A DNA stretch of 62,151 nt, filler included, from Platydemus manokwari (Eukaryota), in the NCBI GenBank assembly GCA_037951405.1. It is 5 parts of 5 records of this genome, joined end to end, with 100 filler letters (N's around TTAATTAATTAA, not from the genome) between each part and the next. Parts side by side here need not be neighbours in the genome. Positions count along the whole stretch, not along the records: positions 50,914 to 62,151 come from JBBMOY010824425.1; 4 more parts are not named here. One strand, given 5' to 3'. A program made the position numbers and the translations under genes. The notes under the pieces were generated by a model. That model was not told where the DNA came from, ran no database searches, and was given only the letters and a program-made list of their open reading frames with translations. Of the stretch, positions 51,133 to 62,151 are shown piece after piece. The stretch's first letter is position 1. Every line of letters begins with the position of its first letter.

Positions 51133-54100
51133 TTGATTATAATCTGTATCAGTGAATTGCAATAAGCTGCCAATAACTTTCAAAGCTTCTTGTCGACGAT
51201 GTTGAGGAGTGTGGAAATATCCAATGACCAAATTTTTCATGAGGATTCTATGAAGGTCGCGTGACCATTATTTTGAAAAATATATGGGCAATCATTACTT
51301 GTCGACCTTTGATTCTGTGAAGGTATTCAGCTTTCGAATCTCCATCTTTAAGGCATCAATTTGTTCCTCTTTCTTTGCCACTGAATAAAATGTAAAACTG
51401 AATTAAACAGTTGATTTATAGTTGGGGATTATTAATGAAAAAGAAATGAGGAATCTGCCATTAAATAATTTAGAAAGCTCATCAAATTGTGCAAATATGG
51501 ACTGAATTTTATTGTTACAATTTATTTTTATATAAACAAGATATTCGATGTAGATTTAGAGATCGTCAAATATTTATGTAAAAGAAAAAATTATTAAAAA
51601 ATTATAGTAAATTCCGGATAAAATTGGAAATCCCAAGTTATTAATAAATTGTACACAGGCACACTCATAAGGTGAACGCGATAATTAATATGAAATGAAT
51701 GACCATACAATTTAGCATGCCATTTCAATGAAAATTACAAAATGGTAAGACTAATATTTATTATTCATACAGTGAACATTTTAGAAAATACATATTACAT
51801 ATTGTATCGTCATTGATCATTTTAATAAGTACACAGTAGAGTAATAACAGCTAGAAGTAGATTTTGCGTTGGTAGACTTCTATTGTATAGAAATGAAATC
51901 CTATTTTATCTCAATTAAATTTGACGAATTCTTGTGACAGGAATTCAAATTTAGTCATACCAAATATATTTTCTAATACAACCTAATTAGTGTTCTGACT
52001 TAGAGTGCCACCTAAATTAGAAGCGGAGCCTCATTATAAGATAGATTTGTATTAGATAGTGAGTAATATATTATTATTACAATTATTATTATCTTCATTA
52101 TTATTATTATCATCATTACAATGATCAATTTTTATCATTTATTAATTATTATTATTATTACCATTATCATCATTATTATTGGTGTCATTATTAATATCAT
52201 TAATATTATCAGTATTAATTATCATTACTACTACTGTTATTATTATGATTATTATTAGTTTTTTTATTAATATTATTCGTAGATCAAACAGACATACATG
52301 TCGCCTGTATCTCGGCCAACTGGTCATCCTTGTACTCCATTTGGTGAGTTAATCTTTGAGCGGCATCCACCAAATCTTTCTGATCATCAATATCCACTTG
52401 TAGTTTACGACATTGTGATTCCCATTTATCACGATCAGCGATGATTTTGTTCAATTCTTGTTGCAATCTCTCTTTCTGATAAACCATTTCAGCAGCTTGA
52501 TCTGTAAATTTGAAGAAAAGATCAAAATTCAACAAATTTATTATGTTAACTCATTCAATCATTTCAAACCAATACCTTGCTGAAAGTTATCCAAAACAGA
52601 TTGCAAGTTAGACAAGCTCTTAATATGATCTGCTAGTTGAATTTCAGTTACTCTCAATCGATCAAGAGCCTCATCTCTTTCAAGTTTAGTCTCTTTGAGT
52701 TCATTTTGTAGCTCATTGCGTATATTAGCAATGACATTTTTCAATTTACCAATCTCATTATTTGCAGCTTGTAGATTATCTTCAGTGAAATGTAGCTGTT
52801 TTCGCAGCGCTTGCTCTCGATCTTCAGCAAGGGTCGCGTCTTGAGTGTATGATTCTTCAATCTATCATAATTTATCATAATTTATGTTTGTAACTTCTCT
52901 CCAAATATATTGATTATGTTTTCAAAGGGTTCAGTAATTTATCAATTATATTCAACCAATGAAATATATCTAATGATTAACAATATACCCACCTTGATTA
53001 AATGATCTTGGAAAATCTGTTTTTCTTTTAATAACTTCAATTCCCTGGCTTTCAATTGTTCGATCTAATTAATAAAAATAATTTATACAACAATAAAGCA
53101 CGATGAATTGATTTCAGTAAAGCCTTAACATGGGATAAATCATCGAATGAAATGGATTATTGATATACATATATGTGCGTGTGTGTATGTAATTAAATAA
53201 TTATTCGTACTCAAGATTGATTGATATTGTTGCCATATCAAGCATAATAATAGGACATTTTATACATTAATCTCTCCACCCAACCTATAATTTCTAAATA
53301 AATCCCCTCCTTCTGTCAATAATCGAGATAAATATCAATATTTATTTCATATTAGCTGGGATAGATAAATTGTAAAAATTATCTTTAAATCCTTTCAAAA
53401 TAATGATAATAAATCAGATTTCGATCTTAACAAACAATTTCACTTCGAATCGACTTTAAGTATCACGAGTAATATGTTCTTTATTTATGAAGATTAATGA
53501 TAAATATCACTTTATCATATCACTTTATTTCCATTAAAATATGAATTATAAGAAATATAAATAATTATTTAATAAAACATCATTATTGGTTAATTGGTTT
53601 TCAGTCGACACAATCAATATGGGTATCATTTATCAAATATTATTATTATTGGAAAATTTCTTAAACAATATAATATCAATATAAAACATCAATAATCGAT
53701 AATGTATTCTTCAATAATAGATATTCAACAAATAAATAATAATAATAATAATAATATATTTGCTCAAATATATCAATTTATATATTCTCATAATATCGAT
53801 AAGCTTGCCTATAAGACTAGACTAATGTATTAGAACAAACCCTCATAATAATAATAATACATGGTAGATATATGCAACGTATATTTAATTACAAACATAA
53901 AAATACTTATCACAATTATTCCACAATTGTTCAATCAAAATAGAATATTATCAAGTAAATATAATAATTATAATGAAATCGAATGTCTGGATATATTAAC
54001 TCCATTAAGATGGACTACCTTCGTCGATCGAACAATGGCAAAATTAAGCGCTTATTCGATGTCAGATCATTGAGGATCAATAACATATTATCAAATAGGA

Positions 54101-57100
54101 ATCAATAATCTTGTGCTCATATTTTTATTCATATATGTTCATTATTGTACTCTAAAAATAGTAACATATGTTACTGAATATAACTATATGCCTTGTCTTA
54201 TTGCTGTATTACAAGCTTTGTATCTTTCTCTATGAATATTGTTGTTTGTTTCATTATTTTGAATAGAGCCCGTTATCGAGTCCAAATTAATATCTTATAT
54301 TAAAAATTTGTTTTAATGATTGTATTCATATCATCATCATCTTTCCAAATGAAAATACAATTAATCATATATAAATGGTTTTATTTAATTATTAAATATC
54401 GCAACACCAAGACACCATTGTATGAAACACTGTCAATAACATGATTGTTTGGTAATTGTAATTCCCATCTATATCCATTATATTTATAAATAATCGACTT
54501 GATAAACACGTGATAATTATAGATCGATCGTTATTTTTATACAAGATAATCTAGCTGGTTTCTATGATGTAATTGTGTTACATTGGTCAATGAATGAACT
54601 GTTTGGTAAATGATGATAGCCTAGTTTTGAGTTCACAAACATCTCTAACATCACAAAAAAATTCAATAAGCAACACACATTATTTGAAATGGATCATTTT
54701 AAGATCACAAACGAAAGATCTTCGTCTTCTTGATATGTCACGTGTATTTGTAATACGTGTATTCAAATACAAGATTCATGAAAATGTTATTGATTTTTAC
54801 ATAAATTACATGTTGTTGTCTCAATTCTGGTTCTCAACAAATGTATTTTGAAAATATTTTTCGGTAAAAAACATGAGATTCGTCTTATATTGTGTCCAAT
54901 TGACAAAATAGAAAAATCATAAAAAATGGAACAAATATACCTTAATGCCGCCAATACATATTAATATATCCTATAGCTGTCATGTGATTGACAGATTACT
55001 GACAGATTATTGGGAGAAAATAACATTTATTCAAATGATTCCTAGCTAACAAGTTCAAATATATCAATAATCACCTGATTGGAATAATTATCACATTCGG
55101 TTTGCTTTTGAATCAATTGCTGTTGCCAATAATCTTTGTTCTCCATAAAATGTGATACATTTCTGTCAATATCATCATCATCACCACCATCATCATTATT
55201 ATCGCCATTATTGTCATTACCATCATTCACCTTCCAAATATCTTTCGTACAATCCACTGGTTGATTGGATCCAACAGGTTTATACTGATTGGTCAATTCA
55301 TTTTGACAATATTGCAATTGTTGTTGAGTTCGTGTTAAATTATTTGATAATTCACCGATTTGCAAATGAGCCTTCTCTAATTCAAATGATAATTGTTCAT
55401 TCTGTTTATGTAAATTCCTGATTTCCGAACAATTTTGTCTGTTTTCATCTTCTAATTGTTGATATTGTGATTTCAATGGAATAACTGTTGATAACTGTTC
55501 ATCATTGGCATCATTGGCATCATTGACATCATTGACACCATTGGCATCATTGCCATGAAATGAAACAGCAACATCAATTAATTGTGGTGTTATGGATTTC
55601 TCATCATCTTTATTCCTAACTGTCATCATTATAGATTGATCAGTTATCATTTTATTTAACTGTTCCTTCAATTGATCATTCTCCAATACATATTCATTCC
55701 ATTTCGATTGTTCACAATTGATATATGAAATCAAACGTTGCAATTCTCCATGATAATTCAAGCTTTCCTTATGTTTGAGATTTAATGATGAAATCAGTTG
55801 TTCCCTGTTTTCCTGATACCAATTCAATTCCTTTCGTAAACTCTCCTTTTCAGTCAATAAAATATCGATATAATTGATATGTTTATCATCCATATTGTCA
55901 CCATTACATTTAATGATAGCATAAAGGCTATCATTTTTACATTTCAAAGCTTCAATTTCCCATTCTTTATCACGAATCATTTGTGATAAATGTTGTAATG
56001 TTTCTTTTGTCATTTCTTCTGCTGATAATAATTCCTGATCGATATTTGATATGCGTGATAATTTCATCACATCTCCTTCCAATCCATTCACTTTCATTTC
56101 ATATTGTCCAAGAGAAGTAGCTTGAGCTTCAATAACTTGATCTAATCGTTGATTCTCTTCTTTTAATGTCTCTAATTGATAGGTCAGTTGATTGATAATC
56201 ATTTTATCACAATCATCACTGTGAATCGTCTGCGTAAAACTATCGATATAATCTCCTCTCGATATCATTCGACTATTAACATTATTCTCCATATCAATCA
56301 TTGATAACATTGTCAACTCTTCATTCAATGATCGAATCATATTTTCCTTCTCAATTATTGTTTCATTTAATTGTTGAATTTGTGTTTTCAATGCCAATTC
56401 ACTCTCATGTAAATTATCAACAGTCTGTCTCACCGAATCAAGTTCTCCATTCAAAACCTTAATCAAAGAATCATATTCATAAATAATATCGACTTGTCGC
56501 TGTTTCAATTCAGCGATGACGTCATCTTTTTCTTCACAGAGATTTTGAAAACTAACAATTTCTGATTCCAAAGTCTGAATGCATTCATCTTTTTCTTGAT
56601 TAAATGTCTCCACATGCTCAAGAATATCTTCAGAATCCATACTAAGATTACTCTTATCGACCGTTTTACCAGCTGTAGCCATATATTTCTGATATTTGTC
56701 GCAAATCTTTTCCAAACCTTCATAACGAGCAATTGTAATCGACATATCGATTAATTGTGCGTCTAATTCGCTGTTTTTGGCGATTAACTCGCATCTTTCA
56801 CTTTCAAAATGCGATATCGTCATTCGTAATTGAGAAACCAATTCTTGGAGAGATTTATTTTCTTCAATGATATAATCATGAACCGAGCATGTTTCTTTCA
56901 TAATTCGGAAATTATCCATCAATGTTGCTAGAATGACGAATAAATCGATGGGTTGATGAGAATCATTTCCACAATTCATCTCATTATATAAACTTAATAA
57001 TTGACTCTCAACACCTACATAACCGTTAATCGTTCGAATCATGCTTGTAACAGCTTCAATCATTGATAAAATCATTTCATCAACATTTTGTTCGATATCA

Positions 57101-60100
57101 ATGATATCAGGAAACAATATCCGATATAATTCTTTGATATTTTTATCAATATTTGATAAATCATGTTTTGATTCAGATAATAATAATAATTCTTCATTCT
57201 GATAACAAAACAAATCAATTTTCACACCCATTTAAACATAAATAACAATTACTTCTTCTACTAAAGAATTGACTGAGGAATTTTCCCAAGAATCTTCAAC
57301 ATTAGAATTCGGTTCTTCATTCGACACCTGAATATAATAATAAATCAATATTAATGACATGTCTGGGCTTGTATTCGATGATATTAAATATAATCTTTAT
57401 ATATATATATATTATCATTATGACATTTAGGAGTTACTATTGAGGGCTCCTACTTAAATGGTACCAAAACAATCCTAGAAAACGACTAATCGTAGACCAA
57501 AAGAATTTGTTCATAACATCTTCTCTTAAAGAAAAATGATTTTAATATGCAAAATCTTTCAGATAAAAGGAATGAGAGAGAGAGAGAAAGAGTGAAAGTG
57601 ATCATGTTTGTCAATATATCAAATGATTCATTATTTGATAAATAGAGATTATTACATATTTTATTAGAAAGTTGTAAACCTTGTAATCATAAAGATATCT
57701 CATCTCATCTAATTATATAGCCCCGTCCTCTCTGCCCTGTTATATATTACGTACACACATATATATATATATATATTAAAACATCTTATCAACACCATTG
57801 ATCGCATTTAACCATTCCACCATTCCATCATTCCATCATTCCATAAATCAACAACAAACCTCTATCAGATTCGGTTGTCCAATCATGAATTTTCGATGAG
57901 ATAATTTGATTTTCAAATTTTCCATTTTCTTCCTAATATTGTTGACATCATCAATGTTAATATTATCAACAGATGAGTTATCAATTTTGACAGCTATTTG
58001 TTTCTCATATTCATTTATTTGATCTGTCAACAGTTTCACATGTTCATCAAGCATTCTAGATTTAATCGACACTTCTGAAATGTCAGATACTTGTGAAATG
58101 GAATCGGCAAAGGCAGCTTTCATCTGTGAAGCGATCCTGAGGAAAACAAATGGGTTTATTGTTGTGATAATAAATCAAACAAATGATATCAATTTAATAA
58201 ATACAAATCCTATCATGTTAATAAGCTATATCATTATGGGTGTGTGTATCGGATTTGATAAATATTGAGATAATATCAAATTTAATGATGTCAGTAAAAC
58301 AAATCCCTTGAATCATTCTTAATAAACAAATGAGGGAGTCACCATTATTAGCTTTTCCAATGCCTCGAAACACATATTTGAGATAAAAACAGATCATATA
58401 TTTAATATTCAATTATCGTGATTGTTATCCTGACACATTAATATTTATAAAACATTTCATTTTCTGTTTCAAATATAAAAAGACAAAAAAATGAAAAATA
58501 ATCTTGAAAAAATATTGATAAAATAGTAAAAATGGATAAATATTTCAAAATAATGAGTGATGTTTGAGTAGGTGTGATCATCAATATTACACATTATGAA
58601 ACATGAATGATTGTATAATAAATAAATTGTTTAAGGATTACTTTATAGATGATTGATTGGCATCACTATTGGCATCTCCAATGATACCCCCTACCCCATG
58701 ATGAAGCTGATCAAATATCAGATTATCATTACATTGCATCAATGATGATGATTCCAAATTGAGTTCGCAATTCTTAAATGAAACATGCTTTATTATTGCA
58801 TCACAAAATCAATGTTAAATTTTATCGAACCTCATAGGACATTATTCGATGAATAATCATATCGAATGTGATTTGCTTATTGATTAATTGATCCGATAGA
58901 CTATTAAGAAGGTCTTTGATTTGATGCTAAATGATTATCATTATCATATTGTTATTGCCTTAACCGACATATATATATCATGACTTGATATCATATAATC
59001 TTTTGAACACACAATAAAATCGTTAAATACAAACATTTCCATCAAAAAACAGAATGGTATACTCAAAAATCAAGATCAATGTATGCAGGTACGAGTAATC
59101 AATTTCTGTATCAATTAAAACCAGTCAGTACACGCATCATTATTGGTCCGTGTACACACATTGCACACATACACACCATCACCACAACCACATATTCAAT
59201 CACATACATACAGTCAATGACAATTATTAACCTTTGATAATATTTCTGATAATCGATGCATCGGATCGGTCAAATCTTGAAATAAATTCAATAATTATAT
59301 TCATTTATAATTTATAATTATCCAATATTTATATACCATTGTTTAACTGGTCGTTATCAATCGATTCGGTCTGTATTGATATGTTGATGGCTTGTCTCTG
59401 TAATTATCATATGATTTTATGGTTCATTGAATATGCTTATCAAACACATGTACACACCTCGATCTCTGGCGACAAATCCTCAACACAAAATACATATATT
59501 TAGATATAATAATAATAATAATGCCGAAAACCTCTAGGAAATATAATAAAATTTTAATTCCATGTTGTCATTTGAAAGAGCATTTTAGTAGAATTGAAAA
59601 AATCTTTCAACAATAATTCTCTCAACATTATGTTGAAATCATGGAAATAATCAAATAAAGAGATAATAATTATAACATTTATATAAGATAAAAATCAAAA
59701 TACTTATTATTATTATATATAGCTTCAAATCGCGAAAATTATCAATGTGTATCATTTTAGAAATATGTTATAAGAACAGATTGAAATATCTGTGTTGATT
59801 AATAGCTAATGTTGCTGTCTAATATATGGTGATTTCGATAAACATTATAAAAATATCTGATAAACATTGTGAAATATTTCCAATGTTTGGGTATCTATAA
59901 ATAATAAGATCAAGATTTTGAGAGGACTCAAGTATTCATTATTGTGGAAAAAATATAAATAATATAATATATTTTATGCACGATATTAACATAGATATTT
60001 ATCATCTGAAATGGTGTATGAAACAATCTTCTTGAAATGTAAATGTGAATAATATGTTATTGATTTGAAATAAAAATCTAATTATAAAAGATTTATATTC

Positions 60101-61616
60101 ATGGCCCAGTAATAATTGATAATGAATCCATTATTCACCGAATTTGAGTTCGATCCGATAATGGTGAGTTTAGAGGAGATTAAAATGTGACAATTTTGAA
60201 AAGTGCATTTTTTCTAGTGAATATTATTTCACATAATATCATCATTCATGGTTTGATTAAAAAATAACACTAATATGTTATTTATAAACTAATAAAATTA
60301 AATACAAATAATAAATAGATTTACCAAATAATAAAGAGTAATTTTGTCACCATTAATGATTAGTCGAAAATATATCAAAGAAATTCAATAATAACTCTAA
60401 TTTTTAAGAGGAATAAGAATAGAAAGTATATCGTATGGAGTTTTATATAAAATAATATAAACAAATATAAAGTAAAGTGACGTATTCAGTTTTCACTGAA
60501 CTGCCACCACAGCACAAAGATAGTCATATGATCTCAGAAAAAAACAAAATAGACCCAATATAAAGTGACTTCGGATGAAATTATCTGTCGTGATATATAG
60601 AATGCTACAAGATGAAATCTGTTCACATTGAAGGATCTTATTTGATATAAGATGAGGCTGTTGCAAATTTTATTTTGATTGTTCTTCAATAGTTGAATGA
60701 ACAAGTCTACTTGACGAAACCAAAGGATTTTTAAGAATTTAAAAACGTAATACAACTCGTTATTTTATCAATTTAACAATAATTTTTGGTGAAATCAGTT
60801 GATGCGATTTCTGACTGTTTGAGAAACAGATGGCAAATCAAACTTAATCTAATTAAAACTAAAATGACATCCTATGTACGTTAATTCTTGTAAAAAATTT
60901 GATTAGGGAATATATTATAAAGATTTGACAACAAGGAGCTCTTTTGATATCGAATCCGATATCTTTAGTTATTTCTTGTAAATTGAAGGCAGAATTTTTG
61001 GTAAATTGTTTAAAATCATTATTCCGTCAATCTAACCAATCAAATTTAAGCAGCTATGTTGTATTAAATGAAATAAATTACTCACAATTCAAAATATATG
61101 ATTATATAATCATAAAATAAAGGAGGAAGCCCACTTACTTTTAAATCCAAATTTTCACCTACCTCAGCACCAGAATCTAGATGAATAATAATATTATTAT
61201 TAATAAAAGCGATAATTAAACAAATATCTTTACAAATGTCTTTTATCATATAACAAGGAGATTGATTAATGATTGAATTGTTATATCAATAGATAATATG
61301 GTGTGCATGTATATATAATTGTATTAATATAAACAATAATATAATTAATAAAATCGATATCATTACATATAGATCATTATGAGAGAGGGATCTTAGTGGT
61401 TGTTATTATTGAATCAATAATTATAAATACGTAATTATATTATTAATAAAATCAACCTGAACAATTGGTGGTGATATTAGCATTGAATTCATCATCATTT
61501 ATTGATTGCTCAAGCATATGGATCTTATGATTTAAAAAACCGATTTGTTTGTTGTGTTCTTGTTGCAATTCTAGAATATAATTGCTATGCTGAAGCTCCA
61601 ATTCCCTTTGTTGGTC
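51133..61616 (-). CDS. TRIP11: Golgin GMAP-210/TRIP11, partial at both ends; exons 61616-61457, 61176-61163, 59478-59458, 59397-59337, 59275-59232, ~58123-57860, 57327-57253, 57198-55075, 53064-52993, 52861-52576, 52501-52298, 51380-51299, 51247-51133
   Basis: Long coiled coil with a 2.1-kb exon (LSQMIRDKEWEIEALKCKNDSL; LNLKHKESLNYHGELQRL), HLIKIEESYTQDATLAEDREQALRK and the GRAB domain [35 protein letters not shown], all characteristic of GMAP-210. The small 5' exons are less certain. Confidence 0.9.
52065..52277. repeat. Degenerate (ATT/ATC)n microsatellite in a TRIP11 intron
   Basis: Long run of attattatt/atcatt triplets. Confidence 0.85.
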
Positions 61617-61669
61617 CTATCAATAGTGATATTTAATATTGTCCCAAATACTTCAGGTTAAATATATAT

Positions 61670-61906
61670 AATACTTTACAACTTATTCCATAACTGACAC
61701 AATACGATGATTATTCATCAAGATATCACGTTAAATATATCTAATATTTTCCAACTTATTCAATAACTGACACAATACCATGATTATTCATCAAGATATC
61801 ATATTCAATATATCCAATACTTTACAACTTATTCAATAACTGACACAATACCATGATTATTCATCAAGATATCATATTCAGTATATCCAATACTTTACAA
61901 CTTATT
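61670..61906. repeat. Minisatellite, 73-bp unit, about 3.25 copies
   Basis: Units start at 61670, 61743, 61816 and 61889 (aatactttacaacttattcaataactgacacaataccatgattattcatcaagatatc...). Confidence 0.95.
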
Positions 61907-62151
61907 GACAATCATAAATAATTGCTTATCATTCCACATATCCAGTATTTGATGATTCGTTCGATACTTTGTTTTTTATTGCAATAATGCAGTTAATATT
62001 CCCAATACTTATTGATATACCAATACAATACTTCTTTAATCGATATTCGATAGACAATACTTTAATTGATTATCAAAATAACAGATTAAATATTTATTCA
62101 AAATTGATAATTTATTCAAATCTATCGTTATTTGTAAAAAATATCACAGTA

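Noticed and set aside
55152-55421. Plus-strand His-rich ORF
   Set aside because: Antisense shadow of the Asp/Asn tract in the large TRIP11 exon.

Overview
Very AT-rich eukaryotic DNA from an animal with short GT-AG introns, most of them 39-61 nt. A flatworm-like invertebrate is plausible, but that is inference only. The window is not contiguous: four identical 100-bp synthetic linkers (44 N + TTAATTAATTAA + 44 N) join five separate pieces, and there is one plain N gap. I reconstructed these spliced genes by hand: the 3' part of a TBC1D10-family Rab-GAP (+), a lone PDZ-domain exon followed by a Pim-family Ser/Thr kinase (+), an intronless 229-aa orphan ORF (-), Lunapark (-), a 5'-truncated GCPII/NAALADase M28 peptidase (+), a 3'-truncated FBXO36 (+) and a partial TRIP11/GMAP-210 golgin (-). 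Intergenic and intronic DNA holds LTRs, heavily decayed Ty3/Gypsy pol fragments, a TA-flanked pogo/Tc2-like MITE, a 71-bp TTAA-flanked piggyBac-like element and minisatellites. No rRNA, tRNA or CRISPR array is supported. I see no unambiguous novel multi-gene system. The best leads are a splice-phase-compatible PDZ-Pim kinase fusion, the orphan ORF with a C-terminal PSYMxTTxASRAR motif, a Lunapark lacking its myristoylated Gly2, and a GCPII homolog with a rebuilt substrate pocket.
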